NCBI GenBank assembly: GCA_944332225.1
Contig: CALVJO010000001.1
Span: 46,566-110,565 of the forward strand
Reading direction: 5' to 3'
DNA from: an uncultured Bacilli bacterium
Lineage (GTDB): Bacteria > Bacillota_I > Bacilli_A > RFN20 > CAG-449
DNA: 64,000 nucleotides
Shown: piece by piece, positions 7,931 to 17,264 of the stretch
Layout of the letters: every line of letters starts with the position of its first letter
Numbering within the stretch: position 1 is the first letter of the stretch
Notes under the pieces: generated by a model
Databases searched by the model: none
Seen by the model: the letters and a program-made list of their open reading frames with translations, nothing else
Told to the model about the DNA's origin: nothing
Translations under genes and position numbers: made by a program

Positions 7931-10900
7931 TATTGTCTCTTTAAATGATAAAGAATTTCAGGATTATATAAACTCTTTGCTTCTCAAAGGTGACAAACTT
8001 TATTTTTCTAGTCTAACTGAGAGAAAATATCCTTTATTTTTCTCTTATGATAAGAAGTCTTCTTATTCGTTTTATCAATGTGTAGATAATTCTTTTTTTT
8101 GTTATACTTCAATTACTATTAATAACTCTCTAACTATAATAAATTCTGTTCCTGAAAATGAAGGTTATGCTTATAGTCTTCTTTCATACGTTTTAATCAA
8201 AGAAAGAGAACTTTATCATAAAGATATAAATAAATTCTATTCGATTCATGAAATTAAAGAGGAAGGAAAGACAAACGAAAACGATGACTTTAATAAATTA
8301 ATTCTTTCCCTTAATTCAACCTTAGGAGAAGATACTAATTCTAAGACCTATTCTTTAATTCCTAATTTAAGTTTCTCTCGTTCGTCTTTTACTTTAAATC
8401 TTATTATAAATGATGAAGGAAATACCTATATTTTAAAAAACGTTCAAACATTTTTAAAAAACGTCAATAATGATGATTTTGTGTCTTACACACCTTCATT
8501 AGCTTTCTATCATAATAAGAAATCGTTCGATAATTATTCTCAAAAATTAATTAACTTTTTAAATAATGAAAATCTTTCTTTTGATGAGGATGGCTCATTA
8601 TCACTATCTCTCTATGAATTATATTCAATTTTAGTTATTACTTTAGGTAAGAATATCTATATTAATGATGTCTTAACATCAGTTTCTAAAAACATTATCG
8701 AAGAAAATATTAATTTAGATTTTTCTAATAAATCTATAGAGTTCAATCCACCTATTGAGAAAAAGCATCATTACTATTTATTTTCTAATAAAGGTTTTAT
8801 CTTTGATCATGACAACAACATTATCTTCTTAATCTCTTTTAAAAGCGAAAAAGATCAAAAATTATTTACCTTCTTTTCTAAGCATCCTTCCTTTTCCTTA
8901 TCTTCTTTAGACTCTGATAAATTCATTAATTTTAAAGACGCCTATCTTTCTTCTAATATCAAGCAAGATATTTATCTAATTAATTTATATGTTTCTTTGG
9001 TGAATGATCAGCTTCAATTAGAAACTAAATATTTTAAAAATGATTTTGAGATAGCTAAAGAAGATGTTTTTAACGAGATCAACTTCCTTCCTAAGATTAA
9101 AAATTATCTCCAAACCTTAGAAAAACTAGCTTTAAAAGAGAATTTAATCATCTCTTCTCAAGAAAAGATAATCGATGTATTGAGAAATGAGCTTCCTTTA
9201 ATTAATAAAGTCTGTAATGTTTATCTAAGCGATAATTTAAAAAATAAAACCTTTGTCAAAACTCCTTCTTTGAAATTCTCTTTAAATAAAGAAAATTCTC
9301 TTTTCACCTTGAGTCTTGATAAAACTTTAGATAGAAATGAAATTGATTTAATTTTATCCGCCTATAGGCAAAAAAAGAAATTTATCCTATATCAAAATCA
9401 AATAGTCTTAATCGATGAAGATAAATTAAAGCAAGTTGAACCATTATTTGAATCATGGAGATTCACCTCTTTAGAAAAGAAAGAATTATCCTTTTTAGAT
9501 GTCCTATCTTTAAAAGAATATCCTCAAGATTTATTTAACTTTGATAAGGAAGTAGAAAGTTTATTAAAAGAATTAAAAGATTTTAAAAACGCTTCATTCC
9601 CTTTTAAAGAAAATTTTAAAAACACCTTAAAACCTTATCAAAAAGAAGGATTTAACTTCTTATCAATCTTATATAAATATCATTTGAATGGAATTCTAGC
9701 TGATGACATGGGATTAGGTAAAACTATTCAAACCATCGCCTTTATCTCATCTAATAGTTTTTCAAAACCGATTTTAATCGTTTCACCTAAGAGCATCATT
9801 TATAACTGGGAAAAAGAATTTAAAACATGGAATCAAGATTCTATCGTTAAAGTAGTTGAAGGTGATAAAGATCAAAGAAATAAATTATTATCAAAATTAG
9901 AGCCTAATACCATCTATATCACTTCTTATGACTCTCTCCGTAATGATTTAAATTTATATCAATCTCATAACTATTCTTTAGTCATCTTAGATGAAGGACA
10001 ATATATTAAAAATCTAGATGCTTTAAAAACTAAAGCTGTTAAATCATTAAAATCAGATAATAAATTTGTTTTAACGGGCACGCCTATTGAGAATTCTTTG
10101 GTGGATTTATATTCTATCTTTGATTTTTTAATCCCTTCTTATTTGGGTTCCTTCGCTTCTTTTAAAACTAATTATTTAATCCCTATCAGCGAGAATGATG
10201 AAGAGACAAAATCTAAATTAAAGAAAAAGATATCCCCTTTTATCCTAAGAAGAAAGAAAGAAGATGTCTTAAAAGAATTACCTAAAAAGATTGAAGAAAT
10301 CAATTTAGTTTCCATGATCGACGAGCAAGAAAAACTCTATAAAGCTTACGTTAGCTTAGCTAAGCAATCATATGAAGAAAGAAATAATATATCATTCCTT
10401 TCTATTTTAACTAAGCTTAGAGAAATTTGCTTAGATCCTTCCTTATTCTTAGAGTCTGATATGGTTTCTAATAAGCTTTTAAGATCATTAGAAATAATTC
10501 AAAATTCAATCAAAGGAAATCATAAAGTTATCATCTTCTCATCATTTACTACCTGTTTATTCCATTTACAAACTTTGTTAAATCATGAAAAAATTGCATC
10601 ATATTTTATTCACGGGAAGACCCCTTCCAAGACTAGACTCGATATATCTAATAAATTTAATGATAAAACTGATAATGTGAAAGTTATTTTAGTTTCCTTA
10701 AAAGCTGGAGGAGTCGGATTAAATTTAATTGGAGGAGATATTGTTATCTTGCTTGATCCTTGGTGGAACGCATCTAGCGAACAGCAAGCTTTTGACCGCG
10801 CGCATAGATTAGGTCAAAAGAATAACGTAACTATCTTTAAGCTGATTTCTAAAGGCACGATTGAGGAAAAGATTTTACTTCTCCAAGAACAAAAAAAATC

Positions 10901-10982
10901 GCTATTTGAGGATTATATTTCCTCTAGCGATTCATCGTTATCATCTCTTTCTAGCGACGATATTTCCTTTATCTTATCTTAA
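7917..10982 (+). CDS. SNF2-family DEAD/H helicase-like ATPase (1021 aa) with a ~560-aa N-terminal region of unknown function
   Basis: The C-terminal half carries SNF2 motifs: LADDMGLGKTIQTIAFI (I), ILDEGQYIKN (II), LTGTPIENSLVDLYSIFDFL (III) and LVSLKAGGVGLNLIGGDIVILLDPWWNASSEQQAFDRAHRLGQ (V/VI). An RBS GAGGAG precedes the ATG. Confidence 0.85.
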   Translation: MNLIDIVSLNDKEFQDYINSLLLKGDKLYFSSLTERKYPLFFSYDKKSSYSFYQCVDNSFFCYTSITINNSLTIINSVPENEGYAYSLLSYVLIKERELYHKDINKFYSIHEIKEEGKTNENDDFNKLILSLNSTLGEDTNSKTYSLIPNLSFSRSSFTLNLIINDEGNTYILKNVQTFLKNVNNDDFVSYTPSLAFYHNKKSFDNYSQKLINFLNNENLSFDEDGSLSLSLYELYSILVITLGKNIYINDVLTSVSKNIIEENINLDFSNKSIEFNPPIEKKHHYYLFSNKGFIFDHDNNIIFLISFKSEKDQKLFTFFSKHPSFSLSSLDSDKFINFKDAYLSSNIKQDIYLINLYVSLVNDQLQLETKYFKNDFEIAKEDVFNEINFLPKIKNYLQTLEKLALKENLIISSQEKIIDVLRNELPLINKVCNVYLSDNLKNKTFVKTPSLKFSLNKENSLFTLSLDKTLDRNEIDLILSAYRQKKKFILYQNQIVLIDEDKLKQVEPLFESWRFTSLEKKELSFLDVLSLKEYPQDLFNFDKEVESLLKELKDFKNASFPFKENFKNTLKPYQKEGFNFLSILYKYHLNGILADDMGLGKTIQTIAFISSNSFSKPILIVSPKSIIYNWEKEFKTWNQDSIVKVVEGDKDQRNKLLSKLEPNTIYITSYDSLRNDLNLYQSHNYSLVILDEGQYIKNLDALKTKAVKSLKSDNKFVLTGTPIENSLVDLYSIFDFLIPSYLGSFASFKTNYLIPISENDEETKSKLKKKISPFILRRKKEDVLKELPKKIEEINLVSMIDEQEKLYKAYVSLAKQSYEERNNISFLSILTKLREICLDPSLFLESDMVSNKLLRSLEIIQNSIKGNHKVIIFSSFTTCLFHLQTLLNHEKIASYFIHGKTPSKTRLDISNKFNDKTDNVKVILVSLKAGGVGLNLIGGDIVILLDPWWNASSEQQAFDRAHRLGQKNNVTIFKLISKGTIEEKILLLQEQKKSLFEDYISSSDSSLSSLSSDDISFILS

Positions 10983-11476
10983 AGATCTAGTTTATCTTCT
11001 ATTGATTTTTCTATATCATCAATCGGTTTATCTAACACGAGAGATAATTCTTCAAAAAGAGATGTTTTGATTCTATCTAAGACGAATCTATCGTTGGTAG
11101 ATAGACTCTTTTTGTTTTCTCTTAAGAATTTTTGATGAAGATAGATAGATTTTAATAAAACAAAATAATTTGTTAAATCTCCGCTTCTGATTAATGTTTC
11201 AAATTCTTGTTTTCTTTGCTTTGGATCTTGATACCAAACTTCCTCGATTAATGGAATTTTATCAATTAAATCCATCGCTTGTTTGATGCTAATCAAAGCT
11301 CTTAAAAATACTTCAGCTTTTTCAAGAGGAACATAAATATTAGCTTTATCGGGATGAAAATAAGGTTTTAAGACTAAATATTGTTGTTCACCTAAGCCTA
11401 AATCTATGTTGACTAAATCAACAATTTGAAATACCCCACCTTCTTTTTTTGCCACGACATCGTTAATAGAATACAT
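10979..11476 (-). CDS. CarD/CdnL-family transcriptional regulator (YdeB-like)
   Basis: 165 aa. The N-terminus YSINDVVAKKEGGVFQIVDL...GEQQYLVLKP matches the CarD_CdnL_TRCF RNAP-interacting domain pattern. A good RBS is present. Confidence 0.7.
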   Translation of the reverse strand: MYSINDVVAKKEGGVFQIVDLVNIDLGLGEQQYLVLKPYFHPDKANIYVPLEKAEVFLRALISIKQAMDLIDKIPLIEEVWYQDPKQRKQEFETLIRSGDLTNYFVLLKSIYLHQKFLRENKKSLSTNDRFVLDRIKTSLFEELSLVLDKPIDDIEKSIEDKLDL

Positions 11477-11560
11477 AATTTACCTCTAGAGGTATTATAG
11501 CATTTTAGGGCTTATTTTTTCTAAAGTTTTTCAAAAAAGTTAACTATACTAACTGTTTTT

Positions 11561-11947
11561 TTAGTTTTTTGAAAACAAAATATTAGTTTCTAGAGCTTTT
11601 AACATTATCTCTGCTGAAGAAATATTTGTAGCTAGAGGAATTTCAAAGACATCACATAATCTTAATAAAGCAGAGATGTCTGGTTCATGTGGCTGCGCGG
11701 TTAAAGGATCTCTAAGGAAAATCACTAAATCAAGCTCTCCGTTAGCTACCATAGAACCGATCTGTTGATCGCCTCCAAGAGGTCCTGATTTCATTCTGGT
11801 AATTTCTAATTTTGTTTCTCCCATCACTAAGGCTCCAGTTGTTCCAGTCGCATAAAGAGAATGTTTTTCTAAAATAGAACGATGGTTTTTACATAGTTCT
11901 ATCATGTCTTGTTTTTTCTTATCATGTGCTATCAATGCTATTTTCAT
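11561..11947 (-). CDS. mgsA: methylglyoxal synthase
   Basis: It reads [19 protein letters not shown]...ATGTTG..., the classic MgsA signature. The ATG at 11947 has AAGGAAGGA 8 nt upstream. The ORF track starts 6 nt earlier at a TTG. Confidence 0.85.
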   Translation of the reverse strand: MKIALIAHDKKKQDMIELCKNHRSILEKHSLYATGTTGALVMGETKLEITRMKSGPLGGDQQIGSMVANGELDLVIFLRDPLTAQPHEPDISALLRLCDVFEIPLATNISSAEIMLKALETNILFSKN

Positions 11948-12020
11948 AAACAAAGTCCTTCCTTCATTATTTTCTATTATAAGCCTATTTTTACTTAAAA
12001 AAATTAGTTAATAAATATTT

Positions 12021-12049
12021 TTGACAAGTAAGGGCTTTTATTAGATAAT
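12021..12049 (+). promoter_or_regulatory. sigma-A-type promoter for the TetR regulator gene
   Basis: TTGACA, a 17-nt spacer, then GATAAT. It lies about 32 nt upstream of the ATG at 12081. Confidence 0.5.
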
Positions 12050-12080
12050 TTGAATATCATTGTTGCGAGGGGTATTTAAC

Positions 12081-12662
12081 ATGGGAGAAACCAAAAATCC
12101 GATTCAAAAGCGCGCGTTAGAGACTCGTCATAAGATTATTAATGCTTCTTACGAGCTATTCACCCTTAAGGGTTACAAAAAAACTAACACAATATTAATT
12201 GCTAAAAAAGCAGGTCTATCTATAGGTATCGTATATACCTATTTTAAAGACAAAGATGAATTATTTGATTTATATTTAGAACATTTATTATCTCGCGCGG
12301 ATGATTATTTTTATAACCAATTAAAATTATTATCATTTTCAGTTGAGCTAAACATCATCGTTAATAACATTTTAGAAAAATTATCTCAAGGATTCTTTTC
12401 TTCGCCGGTTCTAAATGAAAATTCAAAAATCATCAAAGATAAGTTGAAACAATTCTTTTGGGATGGTAGCAATCTCTTCATTAAAGCATGTAATGATAAT
12501 AACGTATTCGTAAGAAATACCATTGAAACCTGCCATATCATAATCACCTTAATTAACGCCTACACGCGAGACTTACAATTAAACACCAACAAGATGAATA
12601 AAGATGTTTTAAGGCAAAAATATGTAACATTAATCTGCTCATTGTTGATTGTTAAGAAGTAA
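12081..12662 (+). CDS. TetR/AcrR-family transcriptional regulator
   Basis: The N-terminal HTH KRALETRHKIINASYELFTLKGYKKTNTILIAKKAGLSIGIVYTYFKDKDELF is typical of TetR. The ATG at 12081 is preferred over the TTG at 12060 in the track, with RBS GAGGGG. Confidence 0.8.
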   Translation: MGETKNPIQKRALETRHKIINASYELFTLKGYKKTNTILIAKKAGLSIGIVYTYFKDKDELFDLYLEHLLSRADDYFYNQLKLLSFSVELNIIVNNILEKLSQGFFSSPVLNENSKIIKDKLKQFFWDGSNLFIKACNDNNVFVRNTIETCHIIITLINAYTRDLQLNTNKMNKDVLRQKYVTLICSLLIVKK

Positions 12663-12713
12663 TAATTATTACATGTTTGAAAAAAGCCTTTAAAAGTATT
12701 AATATTTTCATGT

Positions 12714-13133
12714 ATGAAGAAACAAGTTACATTTATTTTATCTACAGTCTCTTGCCTTCTCTTCTTAGTATTCCTAATCTTAGGAATATTAGCTTTTGCT
12801 ATTGATTTATTACCAATGCCAGTTGGAATCGTCTTTATTATCTTATCGGCTATTTTCTTACTTGCTGGATGCTATTTCACTTTAATTTACATAAAGAATA
12901 AGAATAGCGAATCTAATTCAATAAAGATTATTAAACCAAGAAAAAGAAAGACCAAATCCCCAACTTGCACGATTCAAATTTCTACGGAATACTTAGTAAA
13001 AGACAAATACACAAAAGAAGAGGCGGAAGCGACCATCAAACAGCTATATTCTCTTCATGAAAATGACGGATTCTCTTTACAAGACTTTGAATTCATCAAA
13101 GCTAAAATTGAATCTAGAATCGTTGATAAATGA
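12714..13133 (+). CDS. small membrane protein with a C-terminal SHOCT-like domain
   Basis: Two predicted N-terminal TM helices are followed by a Lys/Arg-rich linker. The C-terminus EEAEATIKQLYSLHENDGFSLQDFEFIKAKIES resembles SHOCT short C-terminal domains. The stop overlaps the next gene start (ATGA). Confidence 0.5.
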   Translation: MKKQVTFILSTVSCLLFLVFLILGILAFAIDLLPMPVGIVFIILSAIFLLAGCYFTLIYIKNKNSESNSIKIIKPRKRKTKSPTCTIQISTEYLVKDKYTKEEAEATIKQLYSLHENDGFSLQDFEFIKAKIESRIVDK

Positions 13134-13585
13134 TTAGGATATTAGTAATTTCAGACTTACACGGAGATTCAAGTATTTTGAATCTCCTTTATTTAACTTA
13201 CCAAAATTTTGATTATTATTTAGATTTAGGTGATTCATGTCTTCCTCGTTATATGATTGAACCATTTACTTCCGTGAAAGGAAATAATGATTATGGATTA
13301 GAATATCCTCCTTCTAGAATTATTCATACTAAATATGGAAATATATATTTAGAACATGGAGATCATTATATCGATGATGAATATATCTTATCTAAAGATT
13401 GTCTATTGTTTTTATCAGGTCATACCCATAGACGATCTTTAAGAAAGCTTGATTCAACCCATTATGCCTTGAATCCAGGATCTATTACTTACCCAAGAGA
13501 TAATAAATACGGCACATATTTAATTATCTCTCTTGATGAAAACGGACCAAAATTTGAATTTAAGGAATTGAAAGGAGATTTATGA
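13130..13585 (+). CDS. YfcE/Vps29-like metallophosphoesterase (calcineurin-like phosphodiesterase)
   Basis: It carries the motifs ISDLHGD, LGDS, GNNDYG, GHTH and NPGS in canonical MPP order. It is 151 aa, like YfcE/YsnB. Confidence 0.8.
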   Translation: MIRILVISDLHGDSSILNLLYLTYQNFDYYLDLGDSCLPRYMIEPFTSVKGNNDYGLEYPPSRIIHTKYGNIYLEHGDHYIDDEYILSKDCLLFLSGHTHRRSLRKLDSTHYALNPGSITYPRDNKYGTYLIISLDENGPKFEFKELKGDL

Positions 13586-14238
13586 TTACTTTTGAAGATG
13601 TTAAAAACAATAAAGAGATTCAAACTTATATTGAAGAAGCTGACAATTATTTAAAAGATATCGGTTATACTGAGCATTCATTTAAGCATGTTCTCCATTG
13701 CGTTGGAGTCGTATCTTACATATTAAATAAATTAAATTATGATGAAAAAACTATCGAATTAGCGAAGATAGCCGCGTATATGCATGATATAGGTAATGTT
13801 ATTAATCGAGAAGATCATGCAAAATCTGGAGCCTTAATGTCTTTTAGATTATTAGATAAGATGGGGATGGACACAAAAGACATCGCGATGATTATCTCCG
13901 CTATAGGAAATCACGATGAATCATCCGCATATCCAGTTAACGTTATCTCCTCAGCATTAATTCTCGCGGATAAGACTGATGTTAGAAGATCTAGAGTGAG
14001 ACAGGGATTAACTGATTTTTCAATTCATGATAAGGTTAATTATTCAGTTATCTCTTCTTTAGTTGTTTTAGATAATGATAATAAAACATTTACTTTAAAT
14101 TTAACTATCGATACTTCGATTTGCTCAATCATGGATTATTTTGAAATATTCTTATCAAGAATGCTTCTTTGTAAAAGAGCCGCGCATTTCTTTGGCTTAG
14201 AATTTAAATTAAATATTAATAATCAAACCTTACTTTAA
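13582..14238 (+). CDS. HD-domain metal-dependent phosphohydrolase
   Basis: It carries FKHVLHCVGV...AAYMHDIGN...H...D, i.e. His...HD...D metal ligands. The start is translationally coupled to the upstream gene (ATGA). Confidence 0.75.
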   Translation: MITFEDVKNNKEIQTYIEEADNYLKDIGYTEHSFKHVLHCVGVVSYILNKLNYDEKTIELAKIAAYMHDIGNVINREDHAKSGALMSFRLLDKMGMDTKDIAMIISAIGNHDESSAYPVNVISSALILADKTDVRRSRVRQGLTDFSIHDKVNYSVISSLVVLDNDNKTFTLNLTIDTSICSIMDYFEIFLSRMLLCKRAAHFFGLEFKLNINNQTLL

Positions 14239-15047
14239 TATTTAAAATGTTCAATTGCTTTTAAAAAATATTCATTCCATGCCTTTTCATTATGACCTTT
14301 AGATGAATCAAAGATTAATTGAATATCGTTAAACGGCATATGTTGTTTCATCTTATCATAGATATAGAAGGTATCCTCAATAAATATTTTTTCAAAATCC
14401 ATTCCGCCGACAAAGAAAAAATAGCTTCCTAAATCGTCTTTAGATAATAAGTTTAAGAATTTATTATTTAAAGATTTTTTTGTATATAGAAAGAAAGCTG
14501 GAGAAAATATTAATCCAAACGAGAAGATATCTTTATATTTAGCTTTTAAATAAAAAGCCATCAATCCTCCCATAGAAGATCCTCCGATTCCAGAGATAAC
14601 ATTCTCTTGAGAGGGTAAAAAATTAGAGTTGATAAATGGGATAATTTTCTTTATTAAAACAAAAGAAAATATATCTCCATAAGCTTTTTCATCTTGTTTT
14701 ATATCTTCTTTTTTATCCACATCGAAAGGACATAATTCAGCTTCTCTTATTCCTTCTTTAGGTGAATCTATTCCTACAAAGATTATATTGTTTTTTAAAT
14801 AATCATCATCCTTTATCGCTCGTTCTAGATACCAAGATCCAAATGCGCAGGTGAGATCTGAAAATAAGTTTTGTCCATCTAGAAGATACATAACTTTATA
14901 CTCATTCTCTTTAGAATAGTTCTTAGGAAGCATGATTCTTATTCTTCTTGTCTCCCCTTTATTTAAAAAGTTGCATGGAAAATCAAAATAGATGATTTTT
15001 GTTTTATCTTTATCGCTTAAAAAATAATGTTTAAATTTATTTTTCAT
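14235..15047 (-). CDS. putative esterase (alpha/beta-hydrolase, esterase D / enterochelin-esterase-like family)
   Basis: It has the GGSSMGGLMAF nucleophile-elbow motif and the overall 270-aa architecture of the putative-esterase family. Confidence 0.65.
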   Translation of the reverse strand: MKNKFKHYFLSDKDKTKIIYFDFPCNFLNKGETRRIRIMLPKNYSKENEYKVMYLLDGQNLFSDLTCAFGSWYLERAIKDDDYLKNNIIFVGIDSPKEGIREAELCPFDVDKKEDIKQDEKAYGDIFSFVLIKKIIPFINSNFLPSQENVISGIGGSSMGGLMAFYLKAKYKDIFSFGLIFSPAFFLYTKKSLNNKFLNLLSKDDLGSYFFFVGGMDFEKIFIEDTFYIYDKMKQHMPFNDIQLIFDSSKGHNEKAWNEYFLKAIEHFKY

Positions 15048-15097
15048 AATTTTTATTTTATTATTCTAAATGCTTGTTTGAAAGCAAAAAAGGAATT

Positions 15098-15973
15098 ATG
15101 TTAGACGCTTTATTATTAGATCCATTACTAGATAGTTTACGAATATTCTTGATAGCCTTTGTTTTTCACGTGGTTTTTTCTTTTATCGAAGAAAAAGTGT
15201 CTTCTTTATTAATTAAAAACAAGGCAATATCTCCTTTGATTGGATCTTTTCTTGGAATCATCCCTCAATGCGGAGTATCAATCTTAGCTAGCGATTTATA
15301 TAAAAAACGTCATATAACCATCGGCACCTTATGCGCGATTTTTATCTGCTGCAGCGATGAATCTTTACCTTTGCTTTTTACTTCTCAAAAAGGATTATTA
15401 ACTTTATTACCTCTTCTTTTAATTAAGATAGCTTTAAGTTTTATCTTTGGTTATTTATTAGATTGTTTTTATAAAAAACAAGAAATAAAGGAATTAAATG
15501 AAGAGGAGCAAAATGAAACCCATGTTGGCTGCTGCCATCATCATATAGAAGGAGAAGAATCAAAACTTAAAGAACATCTTGTTCACCCTTTGATCCATTC
15601 TTTAAAAATATTTATCTACGTATTTATCATAAATGTTATCTTTGCCTCAATTATTTACTATATAGGTGAAGATAATATAGTTTCCTTTCTATCTTCATCT
15701 ATTTATCTTCAACCTTTATTATCCTGTTTAATCGGTTTAATCCCTAACTGCGCGTCATCAGTTATAATCACTAATTTATATTTAATTAACGGTTTATCTT
15801 TAGGTGGTTTATTATCTGGATTAATAGTTAATACAGGATTAGGTATGTTCTATCTTTTAAAAGAAAAAGAATGTAGAAAAGATGGGTTTATAATTTTAAT
15901 CATCCTTTTAGTCTTAGGTTTAGCTATTGGATACATAATAACTGGATTTAATATCAGCATTCCTTTAAATTAA
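15098..15973 (+). CDS. two-repeat polytopic membrane permease with a His/Cys-rich central loop (ArsP/DUF318-like putative metal(loid) permease)
   Basis: The internal duplication is visible as IPQCGVSILASDLY versus IPNCASSVIITNLY. The central loop VGCCHHHIEGEE suggests metal binding. The ATG at 15098 (AAGGA RBS) is preferred over the TTG at 15074. Confidence 0.5.
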   Translation: MLDALLLDPLLDSLRIFLIAFVFHVVFSFIEEKVSSLLIKNKAISPLIGSFLGIIPQCGVSILASDLYKKRHITIGTLCAIFICCSDESLPLLFTSQKGLLTLLPLLLIKIALSFIFGYLLDCFYKKQEIKELNEEEQNETHVGCCHHHIEGEESKLKEHLVHPLIHSLKIFIYVFIINVIFASIIYYIGEDNIVSFLSSSIYLQPLLSCLIGLIPNCASSVIITNLYLINGLSLGGLLSGLIVNTGLGMFYLLKEKECRKDGFIILIILLVLGLAIGYIITGFNISIPLN

Positions 15974-15984
15974 AATAGTAATAT

Positions 15985-16263
15985 ATGAAAGATTTAAATA
16001 AGCTACGAGATGAAATTAACTCTCTCGATCAAAAAATGAAAGAACTGTTCTTAAGAAGAATGGATATTGTTAAAGATATTTATTCATATAAAAAAGAGCA
16101 TGATCTTCCTATCTATGACAAAACTAGGGAAGAAGAGATGATTAAAAATCTTCTTTTAGATATCGATGAATTATTAAAAGATTACTATTTAAAATTCATT
16201 AAATTAATTTTAGATACGTCTAAAGGTTATCAAAATAAATTAAAAGAAAAGGAAGAAAAATAA
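15985..16263 (+). CDS. chorismate mutase (AroQ-class, monofunctional)
   Basis: 92 aa. The sequence LNKLRDEINSLDQKMKELFLRRMDIVKDIYSYKKEHDLPIYDKTREEEMI fits the AroQ CM pattern (LRxxID.ID..L..LL.R......K.....PI.D..RE). Confidence 0.75.
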   Translation: MKDLNKLRDEINSLDQKMKELFLRRMDIVKDIYSYKKEHDLPIYDKTREEEMIKNLLLDIDELLKDYYLKFIKLILDTSKGYQNKLKEKEEK

Positions 16264-16264
16264 G

Positions 16265-17083
16265 ATGAAAAAAGATTATAAACTTGATCGAAAAAAATTA
16301 TCTATCGTATTAAACGATTTAATAAATAAACAAAATATATCTAAAGATGAGCTTTCTAAATCTTTAAATCTTTCTCCATCTAATTTAGAAAAATTTTTAC
16401 AAAATAAAGCTTCATTTAACTTATCTCAAGACAGCATTGATTTACTACATAATTTATATAATGTTAGCTATGAAGACATCTATTATTACGATGAGACTAA
16501 ACGTAAAGAGAACCTTGAAAAAGAGCTAACTAAAAAACTATTAACTCAAGGGGAGAAATATTATGTATTTAAAGATGATTCTCTGCTTAGAGATAAATCT
16601 ATAATGATCGTTCTTTTAATCTTAATAATTTTAACTTTATTAACTGGATCAATAACTATGATGGTTAGCATTGAATCTTATTCAATAGCTTCAATATTTA
16701 ATATTTTTGTTGCCTTCATCTATTTAGGCGCGTTAATATCCACCTGCTTTTTAAAGAGTAAAATTAAATTAAATATCTTCAATCATCTTTTTTTAGCTAA
16801 ATTAACTAAGCTTGAATTTTTAAAAGTTAGCTCGCTTAAAAATTCATTTCATTTAAATCTATCCGCGATTCTTTCTTCTCTCCTCGTGGTTACAGATTTA
16901 TTCTCATTGATAACTATGGATAATAGACCATCTAACTATATATTCATCATGGTTATTTATATAGTTTCTATCGTCATTCAAGTAGGTTATTTATTCTATC
17001 TAACCTATTCAATTAAAAAATTTAATAGAGTGGAAGCTTCTCTTGATGGAGAAAGTAGAACCTACTATTTAGAAGAAAATTAA
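16265..17083 (+). CDS. XRE-family HTH domain membrane protein
   Basis: The N-terminal HTH (LSIVLNDLINKQNISKDELSKSLNLSPSNLEKFL) is followed by 3-4 hydrophobic TM segments. Confidence 0.6.
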   Translation: MKKDYKLDRKKLSIVLNDLINKQNISKDELSKSLNLSPSNLEKFLQNKASFNLSQDSIDLLHNLYNVSYEDIYYYDETKRKENLEKELTKKLLTQGEKYYVFKDDSLLRDKSIMIVLLILIILTLLTGSITMMVSIESYSIASIFNIFVAFIYLGALISTCFLKSKIKLNIFNHLFLAKLTKLEFLKVSSLKNSFHLNLSAILSSLLVVTDLFSLITMDNRPSNYIFIMVIYIVSIVIQVGYLFYLTYSIKKFNRVEASLDGESRTYYLEEN

Positions 17084-17126
17084 TAATTTAAATAAATACC
17101 TTTTTACCCGTAAGGAATTAGCTAAC

Positions 17127-17264
17127 ATGCGTTATTTCACCTATTGGTCAAATGGTTTAAAAAAAGCTTTTGGCTATACTCCTCTTTTATGTAAATGTGG
17201 TTCATATATGATATTAAATCCTAAATTATCCTTTTATAATCATAGAGGAGGTTTTACCTAATGA
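17127..17264 (+). CDS. unannotated 45-aa zinc-ribbon-like small ORF
   Basis: It reads MRYFTYWSNGLKKAFGYTPLLCKCGSYMILNPKLSFYNHRGGFT. Its stop overlaps the start of the next ORF (TAATGA). The Y-W-S-N-G...C-K-C-G stretch faintly resembles the N-terminal Zn-ribbon of IS1595-family transposases. Confidence 0.3.
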
